Shown: positions 1 through 12,358 of the stretch, in pieces
Numbering within the stretch: position 1 is the first letter of the stretch
How the letters are laid out: each line of letters starts with the position of its first letter
From: Octopus vulgaris
Taxonomy: Eukaryota
Assembly (NCBI GenBank): GCA_951406725.2
Contig: OX597814.1
Coordinates: forward strand, 224,564,001 to 224,628,000
Reading direction: 5' to 3'
Length of the DNA stretch: 64,000 nt
Position numbers and translations under genes: made by a program
The notes under the pieces: generated by a model
The model's database searches: none
Told to the model about the DNA's origin: nothing
The model's input: only the letters and a program-made list of their open reading frames with translations

Positions 1-987
1 GTTCTAAATATCAAGCGTTAATTAGGGGCGAGGATTGAATTATTGTCATTAGATGCCTTTTACCTCAGTTTTCTCTGGGTAATTTTCATGAAAACACACG
101 CGTACAGACATAAAGACACAAATCCACATATATACATACATGTATATAAACAACCACAAACACACACACACATGCATACATGTCTATGAATGTAACTATA
201 TATGAGAATGTGAGCGGGTGTCTGTCTATCTGAGTATGTGTTTGCGGTGGTGACGGGGTTGCATAGAAGATTGCTATATCCTGTAATTACTGAGGAACCG
301 TAAACATGTCTAACAAACTTCATAAACAAATACACCCAAATACATTTTATGCAGTACAGATGTAGTGGCTCATGGCGATAAGAAGTGTGTGCGTGCATGT
401 ATGGTTGTATGTATGTATGTATGTATGTATGTATGTGCATATGAATGTATGTATGTATGTATGGTTGTATGTATGTATGTGCAGCTATATATGAGTTGTA
501 CACATACGGATATATTCTATGCACACAAATACCTAAACACACACAGAAACATAGCCAAACATATGCATACACACATATTTACACACAAGCACATAAATAT
601 ATATATATGAGGGAGAAAGAGAGAGAGACAGACAGACAGACAGATAGACAGACAGAGAGGGAGAATTAGAAAGAGACAGTTGAAGAGTCAGCTATGTGCA
701 TGTACTGTAGTTTCATATGTAAGTATGAAACCTCGAAATCTTCCACTCAACTAGAACCACACAAATGCCCACACATTTGAAATTGCTTCTCGTTGCTCTT
801 TCTTCAGCCAAACTAATTCTTTCTGTCCTCTTCTATCGTTTTTATTTCCCTCATATATCCATTTTATTCTTCTCCTTCCAACGACCGCCTCTTCCCGCTT
901 TTATGTTTCTCCTTCCCTTTTGTTTGTGCATTGAAACCCTTACATCTGCCTAATACATTCGTTCTTCAATTCCCCTCAGTATATATA

Positions 988-1912
988 CCGTAAATCCTCG
1001 AGTATAGTCCACCCTTGAGTATAATACGCAGGGATTTTTTAGAGGGCTGTACCTCTGAAAAACCTAAACCTTGTGTATAATACGCACCCCTTCTCTAACT
1101 TGAGTCAAGGAGGGCTATATAACGTCCTTGGTTTGTAAAAATGTATACGGTTACGTCCTTTATTATTGTTGTATATATAACATAATGCAAACATGTAGCT
1201 TTTCAAATTTTCTTCCGGCGGCCCTATTACCATGCTCTTCAGCATATGATATAACTTCAAGTTTAAAAATAGCTGAATAAGATCTACGAGGCATTTTATG
1301 GGCATGTAATATATAAAATGTTTTATTGGAGATTAATGTACAGGTTTAAGTCCCGCTTATAAAAAACAAACCCTAGTAAAGACCCACAGTAGTTCAAACA
1401 TTTAATACTGGTATTTAATTAAGTATCTATTGTTTGCCACAGTAATGATGCAAACTGCCAATACAAACAGTAGGATGAACTATTTAGCGCTAAACTATTA
1501 AGCACAATTTGTGAGTAATTAAGCCAGCAGCACCTAGTCGAACAAATACTTCCGCACATGCGTAATACATTAATGGTGATGTTCTTAACTGTTATATGGG
1601 AATGTAAATATGTTTGCAAATTGTTTTTGTTACATGTTATTCTGTGTTCTGAATACTTTTATTTTAATAAATGTTGCTTACTGCAAGTTATGGATGATTC
1701 TTTTATGACTTCATTGCTTTCAGGCATTGCTTAAGGTATTTTCGTTCCCGACATCACAAAATGCGTCTGAATAAACATTGCCGGAGAGCAAATAGAGACT
1801 CGGACATTGCTTAGAAAATATTTTTCATTTTAACTTCGTATATAGTACGCACTAGGGATTTTGACCTCTAAACTTTGGGGGGAAAATGCGAATTATACTC
1901 GAGGATTTACGG
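988..1912. mobile_element. Non-autonomous pogo/Tc1-mariner-superfamily DNA transposon (MITE)
   Basis: Perfect 19-bp TIRs CCGTAAATCCTCGAGTATA (988-1006) and TATACTCGAGGATTTACGG (1894-1912), TA on both flanks, subterminal GTATAATACGCA repeats, no ORF. Confidence 0.85.
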
Positions 1913-1947
1913 TACTTCTTATATTGTATGGTACTTTTTATATTGAA

Positions 1948-2240
1948 TGGCCTAGTGGTTAGGGAGTTGCATTTACAATCGCAAGATCGTTGTTTTCATG
2001 CCCTAACCAGGCAGTGTTTTGCCTTCATGAGCAAAACACTTAATTTCATGTTGCTTTGCAATCATTTTGACAACTGACGTGTGGCACACTTGTGCACCTG
2101 TACAGGCAACATCGATTTCATAAAGAAAGTGTGCAAATGAACAGCGCAAACGTTTGATCACTATTAAATCATCTCTGCAGATTATTCAGCAAGAAGTTGA
2201 GGAATCTTCAACTGTTATTCCCAACTGGAGAGTCCGCCAT
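1948..2240 (+). mobile_element. Diverged tRNA-derived SINE (family D-like)
   Basis: A-box-like TGGCCTAGTGGTTAGG, then TGAGCAAAACACTTAATTTCATGTTGCT resembling the copy at 44093. Confidence 0.5.
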
Positions 2241-2275
2241 ACATGCTTGCATGTATATATATATGTACGTACGTA

Positions 2276-3156
2276 CGTGACCTGATCAATAAGTATCCGG
2301 GTTGTTGCTATAGTAACAAGGCTAAAGCACGGAGAGTAAAACCCCCTGCCACAGATAGACCTTGAACTCTTCTGTGCATACGCACTAAGTTTTAACGTTC
2401 TAGCTCACTTCCCTGTTTATAGCAGTGTTTGGAAGGAAGGTGTGTAGTTTGTGATCGTTGACAGAGAAAGTTCAGCAGAAAATATGCATCAAATTTTGCC
2501 AAAAGCTTGGCGATACTTGTTCAGAGGCCTACGTAAAGTTTTTAAAAACTTTTCATCGTTCTTGACACAATCAAGGAGATCTTGTACAACAGAAACCCGA
2601 GTGTCTTCATAATCAGCTGAAAGCCGTTTTGGCACAAACTTGGCAGACACGCGTCTCATATCCAAATCTTCAGTGATAATGGACTGAACTGAACTGTAAC
2701 TAATCCGCATATCCTCTGATAACTCACGAATGGTGATTCGACGATTTCCCCTCTTAGCTGCACGCACATCTACGATGTTTTTCTCAGTTCTGATGGTTGC
2801 GGGACTCCGAGAACATTCGTCAATATCAACCTTTTTCGGCCAACTTGGAAACGTTTGAACCACTCACACACATGTGTGCGACTCATATACTCCTCTCCAT
2901 ACACTTTCTGCAACTTTTGATAGCCTCTGACCAGGTATCGCCGTGACAACTTTCTCTTTCATAGTCAATGCGACAATCACACGCTACATACCTTCCTTCC
3001 AAGTACTGCTGTAAACATCGGAAGTGAGCTAGAAAGTTAAAACGTAGTGCGCATGCACAGCAGCGTTCAAGGTCAATCTGTGCCAAGCGGCTTCTCTATC
3101 CGTGCTTTAGCTTCGTTACTATGGCAACAATCTTGATATTTAGTGATCAGACCTCG
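2276..3156 (-). mobile_element. Mariner derivative made of two inverted 5' ends; truncated transposase pseudogene
   Basis: TA flanks; ~260-bp inverted arms; minus strand reads ..RRITIRELSEDMRISYSSVQSIITEDLDMRRVSAKFVPKRL (mariner HTH and WVPHEL-like motif); left arm reads EKVQQKICIKFCQKLGDTCSEAY on +. Confidence 0.85.
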
Positions 3157-3191
3157 TATGTATGTATGTATTTGCATAAATGCGCATATGT

Positions 3192-3266
<75 letters not shown>

Positions 3267-3291
3267 CTTGTATATATGCGTGTATATATAA

Positions 3292-3595
3292 ACTGGCACT
3301 CCACCGATCCGATCAATGGGACAGCCTGCTCCGGAAATTAACGCGCAAGTGGCTGAGCACTCCACAGACCTGCGTACCCTTAGCGTAGTTCTCGCAGAGA
3401 TTCAGTGTGACAGCGAGTGTGCCAAGGCTGGCACTTTGAGGCACAAATACAACTCAGTTTTCTTGTTTCTCTTTTCTTTTTGCGTGAAATAAAGTAACTT
3501 GCTGAAGGGTACAAATCGCCCCGGGAATCGAACTCACGACTTTACGATCGTGAGCCGAATATCCTAAATACCCTAACCACTAAGCCACGCGCCTT
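3292..3595 (-). mobile_element. tRNA-derived CORE-like SINE (family D)
   Basis: Reverse complement begins GGCGCGTGGCTTAGTGGTTAGGGTATT..GAGTTCGATTCCC (A/B boxes); homologous to 44093-44405. Confidence 0.8.
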
Positions 3596-3851
3596 AAATG
3601 TACACACACGCACACACACACACATATAGAGAGAACAGATTTTCTGTCAGATATGTTATAACAAAAACACGACTACCTTCCAATTAAATCCATTTTTAAT
3701 GGTGTTTTGTTTTATTTCGTATATCCATATCAAACACTTGTATTTTGTGGGAAGAAATAAAGATCCTAAAACAATTCTATTCAACGTTTCCAGACTCAGT
3801 TGGATAGAAATTGGTTTTTGAATTATCTGCTGTTTCTTTTATTGTAGGTAC

Positions 3852-4275
3852 TTTTATCCTGCGCGCGTAAGCTAAATCATGCTATTGTAATCAGTTGTCT
3901 TTGTCTGTCTGTGTGTTTGCAAAATTACTGGAAAACGGCCGAACGGATTTTCATCAAATTTGTCAGAAATACTCATTTGGGTGAGTGGCTCGAAATGATT
4001 GGATTATCTTTAAAAAAGAAAATTAAAAAGAATCGAACTTACAAATTTCCTGATTTGCAAGTGGTAATATTATTTTGTTCACTTCCTTTTCCATATGAAT
4101 CGACCCTCATCTGCGCGTGTGTAAATCATGGTATACCTATGCAGGTAGACATGTGTACGTACGTACATGCATACATACACATACATACATACACATACAT
4201 ACATACACACATACATACACACATACATACATACACACACACATACATACATACATACATACATACATACATACA

Positions 4276-4308
<33 letters not shown>

Positions 4309-4533
4309 GACGCTGTGTGTGTACAGTGATAGATTTGAGAGTTTCATTTATTTATGAGTTGATTTCTTAATTTCCCCGGAGTGTAAATACCTATAATAGA
4401 GATACTTAAAAAAGTATTAATTCAGTTCAATTAAAAAGCATAGGTACGTAACATATTGTCAGCCACCACACAATTTGCGATACAATTTATCCGCGCGCAC
4501 GGTATGCATCGCCCTTCCGATGTCTTGTTTTTT
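3852..4533 (+). mobile_element. Helentron-associated non-autonomous element (HINE/DINE-like)
   Basis: 5' TTTT plus sub-TIR ATCCTGCGCGCG; GTCTGTCTGT tract; GAACGGATTTTCATCAAATTT; 3' CGCGCGCACGGTAT, short hairpin GCATCG..CGATGT, then CTTGTTTTTT. Confidence 0.6.
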
Positions 4534-4689
4534 CATTGTTTATGTAATCTGTATCCCAAGAATCTGACCGTTAGACATCCATGTCATCAGCACATCAGTC
4601 ACATGCTTATTCCTTTTTGACTTATGTATGTTGTCATTGTACCTATTTTAGCAATGTGTTGTTATTTTTCCGAACTAGCTTTATTTTAT

Positions 4690-5060
4690 GGTGTCTGATG
4701 TTGTATGTCGCAATTTTTATCGTAAGTGCACGATAAGGCAACGAGAGGATGTAGTGGCGGTATGGCCAATGTAACAGTTAGAATCGGAAGCTTATAGCTT
4801 TTACATCTGCAGTCGAATTTGGTTAAATGCAACAACAAAAGAATCTGGTATATATTTATTTGATACCCATACGTTGAAAGACAAAGCTGCTTTGAGCTGA
4901 GAATGTAAAACAACGTAGCCATGGATTTTGCCTGATATTACTAAACAATTATCTGATGCCCTCTTTCTCATTATAGCGGAGAGTAATCGTAGTGGCTTCA
5001 ATTCGTATGATTATAGGAAAAACTACAAATGTCCACAATTTCAATCCTATGGCTTTTAAG
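4690..5060 (+). pseudogene. Decayed RI/NLR-type LRR fragment
   Basis: Frameshifted translation LHLQSNLVKC/TKESGIYLFD..KQLSDALFLIIAES fits LxxLxLxxCxIT..G..L; stops present. Confidence 0.45.
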
Positions 5061-5189
5061 GGAGATGTGAAAAGAGAGATCCGTGTGTTGCTTTTGAAAT
5101 GTATCTTGGATTGTTTGTTGCAAATGCACAAATATATAGCTTTCTTTTGATTCTGAAATTTTATCATTATAATTGACACTAAGAAGAAT

Positions 5190-5792
5190 AGATTGACAAA
5201 ATTTGTTGGGGCGTCAGAAAAAATACTTAGCTATATTTGTTCCAGCTCTTTACCTTCTGATTTCAAATCTCGCTGAAGTCAACGTTGCCTTTCAACCTTT
5301 CATGATTAACTAAGTAAGATACCGGTCAAATGGTATTGATCCAATCGACTACTCCTGCGCTCAAACTTCAGGACATATGCCTATACTAGAAACAAATATA
5401 CGAAACCCTTTCATTTATTTGTCTTATTTACAAGAAATCCGTTTGTGTTTTCTTTCGTTCATATATTCAACTTTTCTCATTTCTTCTTTAATCCAGATTA
5501 TTATTGTTATATAAGGTTGTGAGGTAGCACGCCGGGCAAAATGCTTAGCGACATTTCATCCGTCCTTACGTTCTGAGTTCAAATTCCACCGATATAGACT
5601 TTGCCTGTCATCCGTTGGGGGGGTAATTAAGTACCAGTGAAACACTGGGGTCCCTTCCCCTCAAATTTTGTGCCTTTGGTAGAAGGGACCATTATTTTTA
5701 CTATTAAAGCGACAAGCTGACAGAATAGTTAGCTCGCTGTACAAAATACTTAGTGGTATTTCGTCCATCTTCACGTTAACTTCAAATACCGC
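5190..5792 (+). mobile_element. Cluster of three degenerate family-B SINE copies
   Basis: Matches to CGTTCTGAGTTCAAATTCC..GACTTTGCC..AAGTACCAG at ~5190-5395, 5513-5690 and 5706-5792. Confidence 0.65.
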
Positions 5793-5819
5793 ATATTATT
5801 ATTACTATTATTATTATTG

Positions 5820-6123
5820 TGGAGGCGCAATGGCCCAGTAGTTAGGGCGGCGGACTCGTGGTCGGAGGATCGTGGTTTCGATTCCCAGACCGGGCATTGT
5901 GTGTGTTTATTGGGCGAAAACACCTAAAAGCTCCACGAGGCCCCAGCAGGGGGTGGTGTCGACCCCTGTTGTACTCTTTCGCCACAACTTTCTCTCACTC
6001 TGTCTTCTTGTTTCTTAAGTAATGCTGCGATAGACTGGCGTCCCGTCCAGCTGGGGGGAACACATACACCACAGAAACCGGGAAACTGGGCCCATGAGCC
6101 TGGCTAGGCTTGAAAAGGGCGAC
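5820..6123 (+). mobile_element. tRNA-derived SINE (family C)
   Basis: GGAGGCGCAATGGCCCAGTAGTTAGG..GTTTCGATTCCC A/B boxes; first ~185 bp shared with 14321-14621. Confidence 0.8.
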
Positions 6124-6146
6124 GTTTTTTTTTATTATTATTATTT

Positions 6147-6838
6147 TAAGCTTGACTTTTGTTTTGCATTTGTACAAGGTGGCTCCAAGTCTCAACCAGA
6201 GACCTCAAGAGACAAGTTAGAAGTTCCTGTTGGTGTTATGCCTAGGGTGCCATATATTTGGTTTTGTACATGGTGTTGTTCCAGAGAATGTTTAAGAAAC
6301 CGTAAGAAAATTATAAGTTTGTTTTAAAACTTGAGATTATATAGAAAGTATTTTGCGTAGGATGCGGGCAGTTCCCATGAGCACTATCTTTTGAATTTCT
6401 GCCATTTTTGGGTTTCCTGGTATCTGAGTTAGGTAGCTATCAGCCCCTTTTGCTATCATTCCCAGGGCACCTATGACAACAGGTATTGCTTTAGTCTTCA
6501 GGTTCCACATTTTGCTGATTTCTATTTCAAGATCTTTATATTTGCTCAGTTTCTGGTAGGTCTTGACAGATACGTTTATATCGATTGGGACAGTCATATC
6601 AATGAGGAGGCATGTTCTTTGTCTGAAGTCTTTCAATATGATGTTTGGCCTATTTGCATCTATCTTTCTGTCAGTTTGAATGGTGAAGTTCCAGAGGAGT
6701 GATATGTGATCATTTTCAAGCACTGGGGGTGGTTTGTGTTCCCACCAGTTTTTATCATGGGGCAAATCCAGGTTTTTGCAAATTACCCAGTTAATATATT
6801 GTGCAGCTCTATCATACCTATTGAAATACTATGTAGGC
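6147..6838 (-). mobile_element. 5'-truncated R4/Dong-clade non-LTR retrotransposon (restriction-like endonuclease C-terminus plus 3'UTR)
   Basis: ORF 6337-6765 WNFTIQTDRKIDANRPNII..IDMTVP..KLSKYKDL..PVVIGALG (PD-(D/E)xK RLE); YFNRYD upstream; flanked by (TAA)n. Confidence 0.85.
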
Positions 6839-6859
6839 TATTATTATTATCATCATCAT

Positions 6860-7395
6860 TGAGTGAGAGAGTAGTGCATGCCATCAAAGTGACACTGGGG
6901 TAAAATATACGAAGCCCAGTATACCCATCATGACTACATGGTGGTTTTGTTCAATCTTAACTGATTGAAAGTGTTATCATGTACATTGTTGTGTCTTGGT
7001 ATAAAAGATGGACTACAGCAAATATTCTGCTCAATACCACAGATTTGCTTGTCAGTTGTTTGACCTTAACCAGTTGAGCGTGTCCCTTAGTGGCTGACGA
7101 TATGTGCATCACTGATTCCGAGCAGAAGTTGTGGGGGAGTATCATAGCCATGAGTTGAGAGGGATTCTTTGGGGTTTGAATAATTCACCTCTGGAAACAT
7201 GGTGGTTTTGTTCAACATCCTTAAACAACCCTTATTCAGGGATCTTTTGAGCAGCATAGGTTACTCGATCAGAAGAAAATTCTAACTGGGCCCCACCTGC
7301 AATGTCATGCGCTGTTTATCTTGATATGAGATCACCATGTCGCGCACACATGGTTGTGATGCATGTGCCTACTAGGCACATGCATCACAACCATT
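6860..7395. repeat. Unclassified, internally rearranged interspersed repeat
   Basis: 19-bp direct repeat ACATGGTGGTTTTGTTCAA (6936, 7197); perfect 22-bp-arm palindrome at 7350-7394. Confidence 0.4.
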
Positions 7396-7435
7396 TTATT
7401 ATTTTATTATTATCATCATCATCATTATCATCATC

Positions 7436-7663
7436 AAGGCGACAAGCTGGCAGAATTGTTAGCTCGCTGGACGAAATGCCAAACGGTATTTCGCCCGTCG
7501 CTACGTTCTGAGGTCAAATTCCGCCGAGGTCGACGTTGCCGTATATCCTTTCGGGGTCGATGTAATCGACTAAACCCCTCCACCAAATTTTCAAGTCTTG
7601 TGCCTTTAGTAGAAAGGACTACTACTACTTCTACTACTACTGCTGCTGCTGCTGCTGCTACTA

Positions 7664-7695
<32 letters not shown>

Positions 7696-7740
7696 ACTAC
7701 CACCACCATCATAATCGTCATCATCAACATCATCATCATT
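7436..7740 (+). mobile_element. Family-B SINE with an expanded (ACT/GCT/ATC)n tail
   Basis: AAGGCGACAAGCTGGCAGAA head, GTCAAATTCCGCCGAGGTCGAC, tail GTAGAAAGGACT running into trinucleotide repeats. Confidence 0.8.
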
Positions 7741-8290
7741 ATTAGGGTTATTATTGCTATTTGTATTATTTTGTTTTATTATTTTTTAAAAACATTTATT
7801 TCTGTCATGTCGCATTGGTCCACAGTAAGTTTCCCACGAACTTTATTTTGATGATTGAAACTCAAAACACAGTCTCACTATGTCAGGGCAGTCGTCCTTA
7901 CGGTTACTGCACACGTACACACACACACACACGTACACACACACACACACGCACACACATGCACATGTATTTATGCACATATATTTATTCAAACGTATAT
8001 TCATATACATAAACATCTGTATGTATACACGCACACACATACATATATACGCGCTCGCACACTCATGTATTTAAATAAATATAGACGTGTATGCACGTGT
8101 GTATTCATTAACTATAAATTATAGGAACAAAAATAGGTATCTTTTTTATCTATCTCCCTTTATACATACATACACAGAGACACATACATACACAGAGGCA
8201 CATACATACACAGAGACACATACATACATGTATACATACACACACGCACACATATATTTATATTTATATAAATATATATGTATATATATA

Positions 8291-8336
<46 letters not shown>

Positions 8337-8369
8337 TATATAAACATATAAATATATAAATATACATAC

Positions 8370-8426
<57 letters not shown>

Positions 8427-8545
8427 GCTATTTAGTTAGACATGGCCTGGACCAATCTTTGGTCGAAACATATGTAAGTTTATATATCTATACATATAAA
8501 TTTGACATGGGTGATTCTTTCTTGTATATTTTTTTGTATAAATAA

Positions 8546-8576
<31 letters not shown>

Positions 8577-8601
8577 TATGTATATAGATAGGCAGATAGG
8601 C

Positions 8602-8656
<55 letters not shown>

Positions 8657-8661
8657 TAGAC

Positions 8662-8692
<31 letters not shown>

Positions 8693-8717
8693 CAGACAGA
8701 TAATTATATATATATAT

Positions 8718-8760
<43 letters not shown>

Positions 8761-8963
8761 TGTCGCTTTTGTATTTAGGTTGCAATATGCATTATTTGAA
8801 TTCGTGTGTTGAATCATTCATTTTATTGTGTGTGTTTGTATGCCTTTATGAATGTATACCCACGAATGCACACACATACATGCACACATAGAACACATAC
8901 ACACATATATACTTATATGCATAATTATTAGCGAGACCCTCCTTAATATATGTTTATGAATGT

Positions 8964-9002
<39 letters not shown>

Positions 9003-9009
9003 ACGAATG

Positions 9010-9125
9010 GATAATGCAGTCGGTGAGACATGGATGTCATTATGTTATTAGTTAAATGCTGCAATGAGCGACATAGTATCTATGATGTACTAAGTTTCCA
9101 CGACTATATATTGCAGTAGGGCTGC
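9010..9125 (+). pseudogene. Decayed LRR fragment (paralogue of 14880-14985)
   Basis: VIMLLVKC/AMSDIVSMMY; nucleotide-level similarity to 14895-14985. Confidence 0.35.
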
Positions 9126-9128
9126 ATA

Positions 9129-9528
9129 TCTATATATATAAAAGTGAGGTTGTATGGTGTCTGTCTCCTACGATTTAGATTCCTAACTACTCCCACATTT
9201 TGCGGTGCAGTTTAACCAAACGCGGGTATCTTATAGTCGTCATTCATATCGCGCCCTTCTGGGTATTAGCGCGCGTCTACGATGAGTCTACGATTTAAAA
9301 AAAAATTACCATAATTTTTCCGCATTTTTAAAGCATTTTCGCTCGGTTTCTATAAGGGAAGTAACTCTCTAAAAATGTATTATTAAATCTCAGAACGTAA
9401 AAAGCTACAGTAACACCCCCCCCCTTGTGGTTAGCCATATTGAGATGGCTATTATAATTTACATCTCTAAAAATGCTTATATAGTTATTTCCCTTACAAA
9501 CCCGAGCAACGCCGGGCGATACTGCTAG
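9129..9528 (+). mobile_element. Non-autonomous Helitron
   Basis: 5' TC; 3' hairpin CCCGAGCAACGCCGGG then CTAG; inserted at A|T without TSD; second copy at 14015-14315. Confidence 0.9.
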
Positions 9529-9919
9529 TATATATATATATATATATCATTTAGTTTAGTTTTCTGAGCTATGCATATACAAAAATCATGCTATTAAAAA
9601 GATGAAGATAAACAAGAAATATTCACATGTATTCACACAACCACACACATGTAGGAAATATTTATGAATTGCTGTGCGTGTGTGTGTATGTGTGTGTGTT
9701 TGTGTGTGTGTGTATGTGTGTGTGTGTTTGTGTGTCTGTGTGTGTGTGCGTGTGTGTGAGTGACGTGCGTATATGGTGATGTGCGTTCGTGTGTGTGTGT
9801 GTGATGTGCGTGTGTGTGCGTATGATGTACTATATGAGTGATGTGCGTGTGTGTGTGTTTTATTCAGCATTACGGACAGATATATGATCCGTATAATCAT
9901 ACATACTTGGACGTATTTA

Positions 9920-10801
9920 CGAGGTTTTCCGGACTAGCTATGTTAAATAAAAAATAACTTATTTACGCAAGTTTTAACATTATTTCCTTCGATATAGACA
10001 CCTTGCTCTTCAATACAATGGTCCCAGCGTTCCTGTCACTTTTGGAATCCCATCTGGGAGTCGTTTTCTGCAAGCGACCGAGGGCCTTCTGCGATTCGCT
10101 ATGGATATCGATTACGGTGTTAAAACAGCAACCTTTGAGCTGCATTTTCATCTTGGAGAAGAGATGGAAGTCTGCAGGTGTTAAATCTTGTGAATAGGGT
10201 GAGTGCGGAAGCGATACCATGTTGTATTGAGGAGAGCTTGGTGACAGGGTGAATTGTCTTCGTGAAGAATCCAGTTCTTTGCGCTCCACATATCCGGTCC
10301 CTTTCGCCGAATGTCCTTCCTCAAACGCTTCAAAACTTCGCAGTAGAACTCTCTATTCACGTTCTGGCCTAGGGGGTCGAATTCTCGATGCACAATACCA
10401 CATTTCCGGATGTGACACTCGTGGGAGGTCTTCCAGATCGCTCATTATCTTCCAGACCGCTCATCGTCTTCCAGGGGCGTTCTTCTGCTTTTGAAGCGCC
10501 CGTACCACTCGAAACTTTGCGTACAACGCATTCCCTTATCACTGTAAGCTTGTCGAAGCATGCTCAATGTCTCTGTAGTAGACTTCCCAAGTTTAACACA
10601 AAATTTTACGTTGACTCTTTGTTCCAAGTTCCTATCCATGACAAAATCGCAGACTACAGCATACACGTGATCACAAAAAACCCTCACAAATTTTACAACT
10701 TGCGGAGTAAACAGAGCGATGTCAGTCGGCGCACGCAGCCGTGTGTTGCCATCTGTTGGCGCACTACACAACTAGTCCTGGAACTTTTTGATACCACCTC
10801 G
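9920..10801 (-). mobile_element. Internally deleted mariner (DD34D) transposon
   Basis: TA flanks; TIR CGAGGTGGTATCAAAAAGTTCCAGGACTAG (other end partly deleted); MDRNLEQRVNVKFCVKLGKS..; WILHEDNSPCH; HSPYSQDLTPADFHLF. Confidence 0.9.
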
Positions 10802-10894
10802 TAAATGTAATTGTGTACGAAGGAAACCTGTGCGTATGTGTGTGTAAATGTATTGCTTTTCCTACAATATATAAACAGAGTCTGTTTGATGATA

Positions 10895-11058
10895 CGATGG
10901 GGTACTGAAAAGTTCTTGGCTTTGGGGGAAAGAAAATACAGGAGTATCAGTTAATCATGATTTTATTCAATATATTCCTCTCTTTGATTCATACACTTAT
11001 TGCAGCGGTCCTTCAGTTTTTCTAAGCCCTTAAAGCCAGGACTTTTCGATACCGTTCG
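10895..11058. mobile_element. Mariner-derived MITE (family M)
   Basis: TIR similar to CGAGGGGGTGCTGAAAAGTTCCTGGCTTT, TA flanks; copies at 17413, 43390, 43923 and 63824. Confidence 0.8.
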
Positions 11059-11349
11059 TATGTACATACATGTGTTTCTATTTATGCACCCATCTTTCCT
11101 CTTTATATCTACACCATTTGTCTTAAACTTATACTTATTGCCTTTTTCTCGCTTCCCATGCCTGGGCCATTCTTTCTGACAAAAGTAGCATTAATTTTCT
11201 TGGTCGTTCAATTTCGTTCAACCGACCAATGATCCGATTGAGTAAACCTATGAATAACGAATCTATGAAGGACTACTGGAAACAACTGTAAGTCAAATTT
11301 ACTACAATAAAGGAAAATTTGTAAGGACCATTATTTATGCGTCGCCAAG

Positions 11350-11384
<35 letters not shown>

Positions 11385-11629
11385 ATAGATAGATGGATGC
11401 ATACATGCATGCATGCGTACATACATACATACATACATACATACATACATACATACATACATACATACATACATGTATATGTATCTGTACACGCACACAC
11501 ACACACACAAACACACTCACATATATACATACACGCAAACATATGAAGACTGCCTGATATTGTGAGATGACAGCCATTTCACAATAATGTCTAATAGTTC
11601 TAATTTGCTTTCGTCCACGCATGCGTGCA

Positions 11630-11856
11630 GATTAACTTTGCACGTCGGTATTGGTACTCATCCATCGTCACAGAATTTTATTAAATACGAAACGTATCAA
11701 GAAGTGAAACGATGATAAGGCATCTGTACGTCATTGGATTTAAGTGGTAAAAGCCTGTACAACACTTTTGCCACACACTCGGTCGCCTTAGTCAGGTTCT
11801 ATTGACAAGTATTACAAAATGACTGATACAATTTTGACCGCAATATTTCGTCTGAG
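11630..11856 (+). pseudogene. Decayed LRR fragment (paralogue of 15330-15610), split by a SINE
   Basis: Acceptor-like GTGCAG; ICTSLDLSGKSLYNT. Confidence 0.45.
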
Positions 11857-12358
11857 CAGGGTGGCGAGCTGGCAGAATCGTTAGCACCCCGGACGAAATG
11901 CTTAGCGGTATTTCGTCTGTTTTTATGTTCTGAGTTCAAATTCCGCCGAGGTCGACTTTGCCTTTCATCCTTAATCGACTTAATCCGTTTGTCTGTCTTT
12001 GTTTGTCCTCTCTGTGTTTAGCCCCTTGTGGGTAGTAAAGAAATAGGTATTTCGTCTGCCGCTACGTTCTGAGTTCAAATTCCGCCGAGGTCGACTTTGC
12101 CTTTCATCCTTAATCGACTTAATCCGTTTGTCTGTCCTTGTTTGTCCTCTCTGTGTTTAGCCACTTGTGGGTAGTAAAGAAACAGGTATTTCGTCTGTTT
12201 TTATGTTCTGAGTTCAAATTCCACCGAGGTCGGCTTTACCTTTCCTTTATTTTTTTTTTCGGTGCTCGATAAATTAAGTACCAGTTGCATACTGAGGTCG
12301 ATCTAATCTTCTGGCCCCCTCCCCAGAAATTTCGGGCCTTGTGCTTAGAGTAGAAAAG
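11857..12358 (+). mobile_element. Trimeric family-B SINE with target-site duplication
   Basis: One head plus repeated bodies joined at AAAGAAA(T/C)A|GGTATTTCGTC (12045/12046, 12184/12185); TSD AA(TA/TT)TTTCGTCTGAG at 11842-11856 and 12359-12373. Confidence 0.85.

Noticed and set aside
285-315. CTGAGGA..GTAAACATGTC hammerhead-like string
   Set aside because: No stem II and a broken GAAA
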